Part shown: piece by piece, positions 13,030 through 27,505 of the stretch
Layout: each line of letters starts with the position of its first letter
How positions within the stretch are numbered: the stretch's first letter is position 1
Assembly: GCA_030141605.1 (NCBI GenBank)
Contig: JAQGDQ010000917.1
Coordinates: 1 to 64,000, forward strand
Reading direction: 5' to 3'
Origin: Tubiluchus corallicola
Lineage: Eukaryota > Animalia > Priapulida
DNA length: 64,000 nt
Notes under the pieces: generated by a model
Databases searched by the model: none
What the model was told of the DNA's origin: nothing
The model's input: the letters and a program-made list of their open reading frames with translations, nothing else
Position numbers and translations under genes: made by a program

Positions 13030-15665
13030 CGAAGTTACACAATGTTACAAATACATAAAGCATTAGTTACATGAACTTACAGGTACATAAAGTATTAGTT
13101 ACATGAACTTACAGGTACATAAAGCATTAGTTACATGAACTTACAGGTACATAAAGCATTAGTTACACGAACTTACAGGTACATGAAGCATTAGTTACAT
13201 GAACTTACATGTACATGAAGCATTAGTTACGTGAACTTACAGGTACATGAAGCATTAGTTACATGAACTTACAGGTACATGAAGCATTAGTTACATGAAC
13301 TTACAGGTACATAAAGTATTAGTTACATGAACTTACAGGTACATAAAGTATTAGTTACATGAACTTACAGGTACACGAAGCATTAGTTATAAGAACTTAC
13401 AGGTACATAAAGCATTAGTTACATGAACTTACAGGTACATGAAGCATTAGTTACATGAACTTACAGGTACATGAAGTGTTAGTTACGTGAACCTACAGGT
13501 ACATAAAGCATTAGTTACGTGAACCTACAGGTACATGAAACATTAGTTACATGAACTTACAGGTACATAAAGTATTAGTTACATGAACTTACAGGTACAT
13601 AAAGCATTAGTTACATGAACTTACAGGTACATGAAGTGTTAGTTACGTGAACCTACAGGTACATAAAGCATTAGTTACATGAACCTACAGGTACATGAAG
13701 CATTAGTTACATGAACTTACAGGTACATGAAGCATTAGTTACATGAACTTACAGGTACATAAAGTATTAGTTACATGAACTTACAGGTACATAAAGTATT
13801 AGTTACATGAACTTACAGGTACACGAAGCATTAGTTATAAGAACTTACAGGTACATAAAGCATTAGTTACATGAACTTACAGGTACATGAAGTGTTAGTT
13901 ACATGAACTTACAGGTACATAAAGCATTAGTTACATGAACTTACAGGTACATGAAGCATTAGATACATGTACTTACAGGTACATAAAGCATTAGTTACAT
14001 GAACTTACAGGTACATAAAGTATTAGTTACATGAACTTACAGGTACATGAACTTACAGGTACATGAAGCATTAGTTACATGAACTTACAGGTACATAAAG
14101 CATTACTTACATGAACTTACAGGTACATGAAGTGTTAGTTACATGAACTTACAGGTACATAAAGCATTAGTTACATGAACTTACAGGTACATGAAGCATT
14201 AGATACATGTACTTACAGGTACATGAAGCATTAGTTACATGAACTTACAGGTACATGAAGCATTAGTTACATGAACTTACAGGTACATGAAGCATTAGTT
14301 ACATGAACTTACAGGTACATAAAGTATTAGTTACATGAACTTACAGGTACATGAAGCATTAGTTACATGAACTTACAGGTACATAAAGTATTAGTTACAT
14401 GAACCTACAGGTACATGAAGCATTAGATACATGTACTTACAGGTACATGAAGCATTAGTTACATGAACTTACAGGTACATGAAGCATTAGTTACATGAAC
14501 TTACAGGTACATGAAGCATTAGTTACATGAACCTACAGGTACATGAAGCATTAGTTACATGAACTTACAGGTACATGAAGCATTAGTTACATGAACTTAC
14601 AGGTACATAAAGTATTAGTTACATGAACCTACAGGTACATGAAGCATTAGTTACATGAACTTACAGGTACATAAAGTATTACTTACATGAACTTACAGGT
14701 ACATGAAGTGTTAGTTACATGAACTTACAGGTACATAAAGCATTAGTTACATGAACTTACAGGTACATGAAGCATTAGATACATGTACTTACAGGTACAT
14801 GAAGCATTAGTTACATGAACTTACAGGTACACGAAGCATTAGTTATAAGAACTTACAGGTACATAAAGCATTAGTTACATGAACTTACAGGTACATGAAG
14901 TGTTAGTTACATGAACTTACAGGTACATAAAGCATTAGTTACATGAACTTACAGGTACATGAAGCATTAGATACATGTACTTACAGGTACATAAAGCATT
15001 AGTTACATGAATTTACAGGTACATAAAGTATTAGTTACATGAACTTACAGGTACATGAACTTACAGGTACATGAAGCATTAGTTACATGAACTTACAGGT
15101 ACATAAAGCATTAGTTACATGAACTTACAGGTACATGAAGTGTTAGTTACATGAACTTACAGGTACATAAAGCATTAGTTACATGAACTTACAGGTACAT
15201 GAAGCATTAGATACATGTACTTACAGGTACATAAAGTATTAGTTACATGAACTTACAGGTACATAAAGTATTAGTTACATGAACTTACAGGTACATGAAG
15301 CATTAGATACATGTACTTACAGGTACATAAAGCATTAGTTACATGAACTTACAGGTACATAAAGTATTAGTTACATGAACTTACAGGTACACGGAGCATT
15401 AGTTACATGAACTTACGGGTACATGAAGCATTAGTTACATGAACTTACAGGTACATGAAGCATTAGTTACATGAACTTACAGGTACATGAAGCGTTAGTT
15501 ACATGAACTTACAGGTACATGAAGCATTAGTTACATGAACTTACAGGTACACGAAGCATTAGTTACATGAACTTACAGGTACATGAAGCATTAGTTACAT
15601 GAACTTACGGGTACATGAAGCATTAGTTACATGAACTTACAGGTACACGAAGCATTAGTTACACC
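13030..15665. repeat. 32-bp satellite (dimer of 16-mers), about 80 units
   Basis: acatgaacttacaggt + acat(a/g)aagcattagtt. Confidence 0.97.
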
Positions 15666-16332
15666 AAGTTATGGTATGTGAAGTACTGTTTTCACTAACT
15701 TACAGGTACAATTAGGCATTAGTTACACAAAGTACCAGTCAGCTATGTGAAATATTAGTTAGAGAAATTAAGAGAGAGTCATGTAGTGCCTATATGATAT
15801 AGAAACTGAATTTACACAACAGAAAAGAAGTAGTTTTTATAGCAACAACGTTTAGAGCTGCTGTCGTAGTGAGAGACTATCTAAGAGAAGAAACAGCAAA
15901 CCAACCCAGTGACAGTAGTGAAATGCAACTACAGCAACACAAATGAATAAAAGAAAACTTAAAGTGCAATGCATCACGACACAACACAACTACTCACACT
16001 AGATGGTGCTGGTACATGAATGCTCTCGTGGTGAATTTGTCGGGTCAGTGCACCTCTAAACTCACTGGGCACACGTTGCATTGTTTTACTCTATAACAAT
16101 ACACTACAGTGTTCACAATGCATCTAAACTAGAAAATAAATGGTAAAAGTGCTAATGATTTACTGAGATGCAGATGAAACTAAGTCAAAGCCGTGGGGCA
16201 TCCTCCTGCAGCTATGGTATTAGTTTGTGCTAAACTTTTAAACTTTGAAAATTTGATTAACTTAATTTAAAAGCAACCAAAATAAAACACAAGATTTCTC
16301 AATGATTGCTAATTTTTTTTTGCTAATTTTAA

Positions 16333-16793
16333 CCCTTTCAGTCCCAAATTGTTTTTTTAATAAGAAAAAGTTTTTTTGATTTAGTACTTTTGTTCAGTAT
16401 GTCCATCTTGTTTACACCTAATGATTATCTTTTTCTACCTGTACCCGCGTGCTAAATATAGCCTGTATCCCACGGGATACATTGGGATTTAATGGAAGCA
16501 TAAAATCTGCTTCATTTTGCAACTGCTGATAATTTTTTAAAGTATTTAAGACATTTAGTATGCATGCTATGCTGATCTGTACAAAGTCGTCTCTAAAGTA
16601 CTGTACCTTGCACAGTTTTTTATGCTATGTAGATTTTCTAGTTTGCCATTTTATCGCCATTTTTAGTCTATTGTTATTGGCTTAAATCAAAATAACTATT
16701 AACAGATCAAATAACTGTCAGTTTTAAAATTTTATTAATTTTAAAGGCAGAAAATATTCTCGTATCCCACGGGATACAACGGGTATGAAAGTG
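16333..16793 (+). mobile_element. piggyBac-like MITE; reverse copy at 47766-48225
   Basis: ttaa|ccctttca...tgaaagtg|ttaa, with an internal gtatcccacgggatac palindrome present twice. Confidence 0.75.
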
Positions 16794-17342
16794 TTAAAGA
16801 CCCGCTCAAGAAACTACAGTACCATTTTATGCCACTAGATGTCAGGAACAAGTATAGCATGTGCCCCTTTTGCCCTTTATATCACTTTTGCTTTTTTGCA
16901 AGTGCACAAAGCTGTTTTATGCACTCATTTTTGCCCTGTCAAACCTCACATGGAGGAATATATGAGCAAAAATGTGTCTGCACTACTCTGAGTTAACATT
17001 TTATAAGTTTCTAAAATACAAGAAGGTTCAACATCTACAATTGTTATTACACGTTTAACCTACTGTTTTAGATATTTATTAAAAGAGAACTTAATCTTGA
17101 GGCAATTACAGAAGTGATTCATGGCACAATGAAGCCATTAATATGATTAAATACACAGAAAAGCTGTTTTGAAAAACAGAAAGAGTTAATTGTGTATTGG
17201 GTTTGTTTGCTCACTTATACAGGACAAGTTGCATGACTAGTCTCTTGCCATTTCAATTATCTTCCTTGGAATTGCTTGCCAATCGAAATTCTTACAGTTT
17301 CACTCATGTTTAAGTTAATAGCCAACCTTTTTCCGTTGATCA

Positions 17343-17661
17343 TTATCTTATCTTATCTTATCTTATCTTATCTTATCTTATCTTATCTTATCTTATCTTA
17401 TCTTATCTTATCTTATCTTATCTTATCTTATCTTATCTTATCTTATCTTATCTTATCATATCTTATCTTATCTTATCTTATCTTATCTTATCTTATCTTA
17501 TCTTATCTTATCTTATCTTATCCTATCCTATCCTATCCTATCCTATCCTATCCTATCCTATCCTATCCTATCCTATCCTATCCTATCCTATCCTATCCTA
17601 TCCTATCCTATCCTACCTTACCTTACCTTACCTTACCTTACCTTACCTTACCTTACCTTAC
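17343..17661. repeat. Pentanucleotide microsatellite TATCT, then TATCC, then TACCT
   Basis: Direct reading. Confidence 0.97.
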
Positions 17662-18264
17662 CTCATCTTAACTAATTTTCAAGATTAGTTTTCAAGAATA
17701 TGGAGAACATGGCAACTACCAAAATCATTAAAGGAAAGGCCAAGTCACCCAGGAGGTTAGGCTTATTTCAATGTTAGATTATTCAGTAATAATCCTGTAA
17801 TAAGCGCCTCGTATAATTAGTAAAATCATTTTAAAGTTGTGATCACTTCATGCTTGGATGCTCCTATTTTCAATACCCATTCTTCTTCCAATGACGTCGT
17901 TCTTTGTGAAGAAAAGTAGCGCACTGTCAATCTTCATCAAAAGTATAACACATTTTTACAAAAAAATAGGTAGCTAGTTTCGTAACATTTTTGCATGAAC
18001 ATTAGGTAAGCTGTAGAACTTTGAATTAGCTTAAACAGCAAGTGCTTTCGAAAAGCCACGATCCGCTTACGAAAAGCTACGATCCGCTTACGAAAAGCTA
18101 CGATCCGCTTACGAAAAGCTACGATCTGCTTCCGGAAAGCCACGATCCGCTTACGGAAGGCATCGACATCTCCCAGCTATGTCATAATTTTCATGTGAAT
18201 GGCGGCAACCAACACGCTTGAAAATTTCTATTCAGAGGCAAATTTCTTTGTTATATTTTTCTAA

Positions 18265-18610
18265 GTTTAAGTGATAACAGTAAAATAAACCCAACACACT
18301 GAGTGACTTGTTCTTTCCTTTAGCACACCACAAACAGTTTAATTGATAACAGTAAAATAAACCCAACATACTGAGTGACTTGTTCTTTCCTTTAGCACAC
18401 CACAAACAGTTTAATTGATAACAGTAAAATAAACCCAACATACTGAGTGACTTGTTCTTTCCCTTAGCAAACCACAAACAGTTTAATTGATAACAGTAAA
18501 ATAAACCCAACATACTGAATGACTTGTTCTTTCCCTTAGCACACCACAGACAGTTTAATTGATAACAGTAAAATAAACCCAACATATTAAGTGACTTGTT
18601 CTTTCCTTTA
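18265..18610. repeat. Tandem repeat of about 72-75 bp, about 4.6 copies; a separate 21-bp array lies at 18046-18160
   Basis: gataacagtaaaataaacccaaca units. Confidence 0.9.
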
Positions 18611-19249
18611 AGTAAAAAATAACAACACTACTCATAGTAAGAGTAAAGGGTTTCGTCATAAATTTATGATATTACATCAGATGCTTGCAATTTCTTATTC
18701 ACTAGCATAGGTTTAACAACAGACTCTCAAATACATTCTATGTGCTGTTAAATAATGCATGCATCCAGCTGTTTAACACCTGAGCTACCTTAATTCATCT
18801 CTCTGCTGTGGACCACACCTGTCAGGTAATGAAAACGCAACACAACCTCCAAAGAGGAAAGAGAAACAGTGTCTAATTACACCATGAAACTAACAACGTG
18901 AATTCGTGCACTGTAAATCACACAGCACTGCCTGTCTGGCTCCAATATGGCTGCTGCTGCAGTATCAGGCTTCAGCAGAGCTGGCGTAGGTTGATCACTC
19001 TTTGATGATTGCAATAGCAGGGGGTGTCAGCGCATGATCTATGTGGCTCAGGTAAGCTGAGAGAACAATAGTTTATTGATTAGCATAGGTAGCTAGGAGG
19101 ACATGATAAGCTTCCTGCACAATTAACCTGCATTATGGCAAGACACGTATCTTATTAAGATTACATTAAGACGTTCACTAGGGTGAGTTAATATGACTTT
19201 ATTTTATGAACCCTCAACAGTCAAGAGAAGTGAATGTTGTGACCCTTAA

Positions 19250-20114
19250 AGGAAAACCGGATGACGGATTAGACTCAATCTCCTGTGTAAACTTGACAAC
19301 ACCTCGCAGCCCATGCTACTGTAATAGCAACAGTTTTAACAACTAGCTAGAACCTTACCTAGTTCATTTTTTCTTGTTCCCAAGCAAGATCCTGCTAGTA
19401 AATCACTCTATGCACAGACTAATGCATAATCAAGTAAAGTCCACGTAAAACAATTGAAGTTACTGAACTGATGCGGCAGACAACTTTGCTAACTTTACTT
19501 TACCGACACGTAGCAAGATATCATACAGTTGGACTAATAAAAAAGCTACATTATCCCCACTCCGACCGAAAATGTTGTGTTAAGTGAAAACTGGACGATA
19601 GATTAGACTCAATCTTATTTTAATTTACTGTCTAATATATACACTTTTATGCCTATAAAAGTTAGCAATTGTTTCTAATATTTGAATAATTACCCTGGAA
19701 AGTTAATTAAAGGCAAATGAACACAGCTATCACTTACGTCACAAGGTAATCACAGTTTGTACAATGGTAGTTATCTTCCCTGCGCGTCAAGCACGTTTGG
19801 TATAAGACGGTGATGTGATGTCACGAAAATGAGCTCTGCATCACACTGACATCACAAACGAACACATCAGTTCATGATCAGGCTTATCAGGGTACTGCGC
19901 CTATTCGTCGGCCATGCGAATGCGACAAAAAGGCACCATTGCCAGTCTTAGTAGATTCACTGAGCCGCGGGGAGCTTTGAAAGTTTAACAAAATTAAGTA
20001 TCCGAGGTAATTATTACTTAATCTAAGCTTTGATTTAAAAAAAGCTATTGTTGTTTTCAATATTTGAAAGCATTCTATTTTGGACTAATGTCTACACAAT
20101 CGTCCAGTTTTCTT
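19250..20114 (+). mobile_element. Kolobok-like non-autonomous element B (TTAA TSD, AGGAAAAC TIR) carrying a MITE A fragment and a second left end
   Basis: ttaa|aggaaaaccgg...ccagttttctt|ttaa, with an internal second left end at about 19580. Confidence 0.75.
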
Positions 20115-21156
20115 TTAAGGAATTGCAGCATATTGAGTGGTGACTCAAGTAGAGAGAAAGCCGGAATACACCTACTACTTCTACTACTGCTGCTGCTGCT
20201 ACTGCTACTATTACTACTACTACTGCCGAACTATGGATCTATGGTTCAATTTCAGGAAACTCTGAGCCAAATCAGGAGTGGTGGCAAGGCAACCCTACCT
20301 AAACCAAGCCACACACACATACGTAGTGCTGGCTTACATGTTGTTAAAACTTTCTGACATGGATCGCATAACAAAATCATGTTTAAATTGAAATTAACTA
20401 AGCTAAGTGGTCTAGTGGAATTGTCGAATGTCACATAACCTCCACTGTATAGATAGATAACAAGGCCAAGTATCCAAGCATTAACACCCATAAGCTGATT
20501 CATGCTACTGTAGAAAGCTGATCAATGAACAAATCAATATCAGACATCAAATATTACGAAGTTAACATTCAACTTAACGATGTAAATCCATGACTGCTTG
20601 CATAGGCGGCTGACTTGATGTTAATTGCTGCTGTTAATAATTAATGTGAGTGAGATACAAGACAGCTGATGTGAAATACACCTATTTTTAGAAGTTTTAC
20701 AACGAGGGTAAACATTACGAGTCACTAATCAAAGCACAATTATAATTACCATGATAATTTATTAGAAATTGCAGTTATGTGTATAATAATATGTTAATTT
20801 CATAGATGGCAGTGTTCATGTTGCACTTACATTTAATATACAACCATGCAGTAGCATGTGGCGCCACACACTGGTTAAAAGTAGAACCATTATATTGTGA
20901 AAGCAAGCCACCAATGACTACTGTTATGTTTCAGAGATTACAAAAAGTGGTTAATGACGCAATGTAAAGTTGATGCTGCACTTGCATTTAATGTACAACC
21001 ATGCAGTAGCATGTGGCGCCACACACTGGTTAAAAGTAGAACCATTATCTTGTAAAAGCAAGCCACTAATGACTACTGTTATGTTTCATGGATTACAAAG
21101 CCATGTAAGTTCTTGTACCACACTATATTACTATCACGCTTTACCTTCTTCGACTA

Positions 21157-21544
21157 AGCCTTTTCACAGTTCCAACGATTGATGATGATCACGAAAGGTC
21201 AAAAGTTAAGTGTACGAGACAACGCATTTGTGTACACCTTACAATGCCTCGCAGCCCATGCTGTTGTCATAGTAACAGTTTTTTAACAGCTAGCTAGAAC
21301 CTTACCTAGTCCATTTTTTCTTGTTCCCAAGCAAGAACCTGCTAGTAAATCACTCTACGTACAGACCAATGCACAATTAAGTAATGGCCACGTAAAACAG
21401 CTGAACTTGCTGAACTGATGCTGCTGACGGTTTTGATTTACTCACACGTCACAGAACGATTGTAGTTAAGACGCATTGCTGTGGTACACTTAACCTTTGA
21501 CCTACAGTAACTGCGCATGCGCACAACGAAACTGTGAAAAGGCT
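21157..21544 (+). mobile_element. MITE family A (TIR AGCCTTTTCACAGTT, TA flanks), intact 388-bp copy
   Basis: ta|agccttttcacagtt...aactgtgaaaaggct|ta, with subterminal inverted repeats (aggtcaaaagttaagtgtac / gtacacttaacctttgacct). At least 8 related copies in the window. Confidence 0.88.
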
Positions 21545-21897
21545 TATTGAAAAATATCATTTTTAATCTTAATCAAAATGTGAAGCATACTATTAGAAAC
21601 AGTGACAACAGAGAATGGACAACACTAAACGTGTAGTGAACGGCGCTGTAGTTTATACTGCTCAGCTTACAAGCATTCAAACTTCAATATTTTCTTTTTT
21701 GATCAATGTAGATGGCGAAACCAGAGCTTTATTATTCTCCTACGGCATGTCGAGTAAAATAGGCAGCACCATCTACTAACAAGAAGGAAAAGCATTGTAG
21801 GCTAGTACAGCTTTGACGATTGTAATGTGCCTACTAATACTGCATATAACTTTCCTACAATGCCAAACTTTTCTGCTAGTCAGTAGTTTCTAAACAA

Positions 21898-22771
21898 TTA
21901 TTCAAGACTTTTGAACAGTTTCCTCATGTATACTTAATGAAGAAACTTACAGCATCTGGAATTGAAGGGAAGATATGACTAATGATTTATGAATTTCAAA
22001 GAGATAGAAAACAATGTGTAATTGTCAACGGAAACAAATCTACATGGAGTCGTATCGTATCTGGTATTCCACAAGGCAGTATTATCGGACCGTTATTATT
22101 TGCACTTTATATCAACGATTTGCCTAATAACATCACCTGTGCAAGTAAATTGTTTGCTGACGAAACTAAAATATATGACAAAACATATAAGTCAACATTG
22201 CAAGCCAATCCATCAATTCAGTAAATCATTGGTTGAACAAATGCCAAATTGACCTCATTGTGGAGAAGTGTAAGATAATGACTGATGGTGGAATCGTTTG
22301 CCAGTCTAAGTATGCCATCAGCTCTGGTAATCAAGTATCAAGTATGAGCAATAGTTGATAAGGAAACAGATCTTGAAGTCATTGTAGACAGCAACCTTGA
22401 CTTCCGGTCTCATACCGGTTACATCACAGAGAAGATTCACTGCAGCTTAACACTAATCAAGCGCAATTTTCAGTTTCTTGATAAATCAATGGTTCTGAGG
22501 TTATATAAGTCATTAGTCAGAACCATCGTTGCTTATGCAGATGTGGTGTGGGACACATCAAGACAGAATTCTATCCACACAGTAGGGAGAATTCAACGAA
22601 GAATAATCAGGTTGATTCCAGGAATGAGTAACTTAACTTATTCACTAAGGTTTCAAGAAACTGGTGTAACCACCTTTAAGTATGGGTGCATGAGACAGGA
22701 TATGATGCAAACTTTCAGAATTCTACATGGTATTGACAAAACACACATGGATGATTATGTTACAAGATGTC

Positions 22772-22811
<40 letters not shown>

Positions 22812-22921
22812 GCAGCAGCAGCAGCAGCAGCAGCATTAGCAACAGCAGTAACAACAGCAGCAGCAACAACACCACCACCACCAACAACAACAACAACAAC
22901 AACAATAACAAGATTAGCAGT

Positions 22922-22952
<31 letters not shown>

Positions 22953-23250
22953 ACAACAACAGCAGCAGCAACAACAGCAGTAACAACAGCAGCAGCAGCA
23001 ACAGCAGCAGCAGCAACAACAGCAGCAGCGGCAACAACAACAACAGGAGCAAAAACAACAGCAGCAACAACAACAACAACAAGAGGGCATTCATACAATC
23101 TACTCAAGCATCATATCCAGGGCTGTCAGTGAAAACGTGCATTTTCATTCAGAGTTGTTGATCAATGGAACAAGCTTTTAACCAACGTTGTTAAGGCAAT
23201 AAGCACAGAGCAATTTAAAGCACGTCTTGACAAGCATTGGCAGCAGAATT
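21898..23250 (+). mobile_element. Decayed CR1-clade LINE ORF2 3' fragment interrupted by a CAA/CAG microsatellite
   Basis: SGIPQGSIIGPLLF.LYINDL, LFADETK, LYKSLVR and TRGHSY motifs, with stops and frameshifts. Confidence 0.9.
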
Positions 23251-23599
23251 CATCACTATTCAGAGATCCCATGTTAACCAAATGGAAACAAAATATCTAA
23301 ATGACACGACCTCCCTCTATCTGCGGGTGATGTCACTATACTTAACTTCTCAGATGCAGCAAGTTTAGGACAGTGGAGGGCAAGTAGCACATCTGCTAAC
23401 CTGCTAATACCCCCCCCCCCATTTCTAGATTATGTTATGCAATAACATTAACAAGAATTCAGTTGATGAACCGACAATGTCGTGTAAAAAGGGGTATGGA
23501 ATCACTTGACTAACCACAATAATGAAATCAGCAATTAATAAGGGTGGCACAAATGCGATCATTGAACAACAACAGTAGCAGCCACAACAGCAGTAACAA

Positions 23600-23656
<57 letters not shown>

Positions 23657-24053
23657 TAACAACAGTAGCAGCAGCAGCAACAACAACACCACCACCACCA
23701 ACAACAATAACAGCAGCAGTAACAACAGCAGCAGCAGCAACAGCAGTAACAACAGCAGCAGCAGCAACAACAACAAGCAGCAACAGCAGTAACAACAGTA
23801 GCAGCAGCAGCAACAACAACACCACCACCACCAACAACAATAACAGCAGCAGTAACAACAGCAGCAGCAGCAACAACAACAACAACAGCAACAGCAGTAA
23901 CAACAGTAGCAGCAGCAGCAACAACAACACCACCACCACCAACAACAATAACAGCAGCAGCAGCAACAGCAGTAACAACAGAAGCAGCAGCAACAACACC
24001 ACCACCACCAACAAGAACAACAATAACAACAACAACAACAGCAGCAGCAGCAA
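22771..24053. repeat. Two CAA/CAG/CAC compound microsatellite blocks (22771-23081 and 23565-24053)
   Basis: Direct reading. Confidence 0.95.
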
Positions 24054-27000
24054 GGGATATGGAATCACTTGACTAACCACAATAATGAAATCGGCAATTA
24101 ATAAGGGTGGCACAAATGCGATCATTCAACAACAGACTAATGACTGATGATCACCTCCAATTTTGCAGAAAAAGTTCTCAACATAGCCACGTAAAAGCTA
24201 ACGGCAACCGTTGCACTGCAAATACCATCAGACGTTGCCAGCACTAGGAAAGTCTGCCATTAACTTATAATACCAGGATACAAGCGAGTATTTGTCAACC
24301 CAGTTCCAATCAACGATAGTTTATTTACCTCGGACAAACACGGTGTGTTTCACAAATGCTTGCCCATTTGTACAAATGAAAATCTTCACACAAAAGCTCC
24401 ACCATGATTTACACACACAAGCTTAGAACTGTTGCGTTTGCATGTCTTTCATATATCATGCATTTTTGTGCTAAAATAGGATGGAAACGCAAATTGTTTT
24501 TTGCTGTAGTCGCTGCTATTGATATCCTGATTGTTCATGATTTATTGCTCCTGTTGCTGTTGTTAAACTTCAGGGATGAGAATGACAAATTGCAAAAAAA
24601 CTATGAAACAGGCCGGGGGGGTTATGGGCCCATTGCAGCTAGCAACAAATTGCAATTTTGTGACCATAGAGAGCCTCTAAGTGGACTTACAATATCAATT
24701 TACCTTGTTTCATGCATAATTTAAAATACCCAACTATCAAGGATACATGATACCTTCCAAAAACTCGGAATTCCACGTATCTGTGGAAAATTCTCATCCC
24801 TGATACTTAACACTGTTACTGATAACAATGTTAAAGGAAAACCAGACGATTGTGTAGACATTAGTTCAAAATTAAGTATTCTCTAAAATATTGAAAACTA
24901 CAGTACCAATGCTGGAATTAATGAATGACGAACATTTCTGATGTGACACAGATGGTGGTGAATTTTAATTTAAGTAAATTAAAACTTAGTAATGTGGAAA
25001 TATTCTGTGTTATTGGCCATCGCGCATGACGGTCATCCCCGGTAGATAATGCCACAGCTCAGTAGTTTTCACAGCTGCAGCAAGAAGAACTGCCTAGCGG
25101 TGGACGACGGTCATCCCCGGTAGATAATGCCACAGCTCAGTAGTTTTCTCAGCCGCCGCAAGAGCCACCCAGTGGTGGACGACGGCCGCTTTTGTTATCA
25201 GTTAATTGTTTAGTGGCTGGTTTCATCGTGTGCGGTTTTCATATAAAATCCATACAAGTAAGATAAGTGCTTGCATAGCAAAATCGTCCATAATTTCACA
25301 TATCCTGAATCTCCATTTCATGAAGAACATTTTGATACCAAGTTCATTGCTCTATCTTATTTCTAAGCTGAGATAATCCACATTGAAGTTGAGGTGCAGG
25401 CTACACAATGAAAAACATAATCTTGAGAAAATCGCTGTTAAAGTTAGCCATTGTTTTTTGTCGTGTTCGTACAAAATACTTAGCAACCCCACAAATGTCG
25501 CTCGCTACGGACACTGAAAGAACACATTGAGGTTATGTTTCAATCCAGTAGATGGCTCTTTGTGACAAATGTCTGGGCTTGGCAACAAAAATATCCGAAG
25601 CAAAATGACTGTTTCCACGAGCTACTATTGGAGTTTGAAAATACAAGTTTTTTTACAATTGACCAGTTTTTAGCCAGAAAAGTTGCGATAAACAGAAAAA
25701 AAATAGATTTTTGGTAGTTTTTGAACATTTTCTTGACAACCTGATGCTAGAAGATAAAAGCCTCATATATTTGACTTTTGAACAAACTTTTGGCGCATTC
25801 ATGGTGAAACTTTGAAGCATCATAACTTACTTTCAACTATGCCGACTTATGGACGGTTTTGGTTTGCAAGCACACAACTGTTGTCCACACTCATGCAAAT
25901 CACTATGCACAAACAAGTGCATACCTTATTAGAATCGACGTAAGCACAGGGCGGATTTCAGCAAAAGCGAGGCCCGGGGAAGTGGGGCGCGTGCCCCTCG
26001 GGGGGGGTTTGAAGTACCGGGGGGGCGGGCGCTACCACGGTTGACGCCCAGAAAATTTTTGAACTGCTAGAACGCCGGAGAAGCATTTTCGAAGAGAAAC
26101 TATACAGTTGTTAAAGGAAAGAACAATTGAAAAAAAAACTGCTTTATTCTCAAGACCAGTCCTTAACACTTGTCAATACTGGTAAACGGCGCACATGCGG
26201 CAAGAGGGGGGGGGGGAGAGCAGGCAGTATGTTCGCAAAAAGCAAAAAAGTTACCTTGGCACGAGGCCCCCTGGAGGTTGAGGCCCGGGGGGGGGCATTA
26301 GTCTATGTCAAAAACTTAACACTGATAGCAAATGTGTGAGCAAACTTTAATCACACATCTGCTCTCAGCTTGTGCAGGTAACAGCAATGTAATAGTTACT
26401 GCCATGCGCTACAGGTATATTGGTAATTATCGCTAATAGCATTTTGCGACGGAACATCATTAGTCACACAGAGTAATTTACAACACCTACAGAACTGGGT
26501 GCTTTAGCTCAAAATAAAACACAGATGCTAGCTTTATAACCAGGGGAATCGATATATTGAACTCCTGATTCTGGCTCTAACTCCGACTCCTAAAATTTTA
26601 GGAGTCCCAATTCCCTTTAAGTTGTAGTAGTCTCAATATTTAGCTACATTTCATCACTACTTCTTATGCTCAAAAACAGTCCAGCTGCATAAACACGAAT
26701 ACGAAAGCATCCCAAAATGGGGTGTTATGCATAAATGTGTTAAAAGTTCAAAGTAGCTGGAGTTTGAGTTTGTCTATTTATTCCCGATTCTGACTCCTCT
26801 AAAAATAAGTGTACTCCTGAGTCCTAACTGCGACTCCCAAACCCTAAGTTTTAACAACTCCGACTTCGCTACTTGAGAAAAATCCACCACCACCCCATGA
26901 AGAAAGCTTCATTTACTGAACAAAACAGCATAAAACAGTTAATAAATTTACAGAAAATGCACAAAACCCAAATACGACCTTGACACAAAAATGTAATCAT

Positions 27001-27206
27001 TACAAAGCTTAAGAACCCCTCTTAATAGATCTGCTGGTTGTTTTTATCTGTAAACACTCATTGTAACAAAATTAACAAATATTGTGTAAAAATTTCTCAA
27101 TGCCCAGCAAGTTAATCAGGCACGACAATGAAACATGTAATTGCATTGTTTGCAATCGCATGAGAAACGAAATTTTAAAGAAAATAAACAAAATGAGTAC
27201 ACTTAG

Positions 27207-27387
27207 AGGAATGAGGTAAGAGTGGAAACACGAACCACGGCTGCAGTCCTAGTGGAATGAGGAAAGAGTGGAAACACGAACCACGGCTGCAGTCCTAGTG
27301 GAATGAGGTAAGAGTGGAAACACGAACCACGGCTGCAGTCCTAGTGGAATGAGGTAAGAGTGGAAACACGAACCACGGCTGCAGTCC
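27207..27387. repeat. Tandem repeat, 4 x about 47 bp
   Basis: ggaatgaggtaagagtggaaacacgaaccacggctgcagtcc units. Confidence 0.9.
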
Positions 27388-27505
27388 AATCCGACCTCAC
27401 CTCTAAATCGCTAACCTTCGCAAAAAATGATAACAGAAACATATAAATGTAAAAGCATTGGTTTGAACAAACACTATTGATTTTGAACAAACACTATTGA
27501 TTTAC

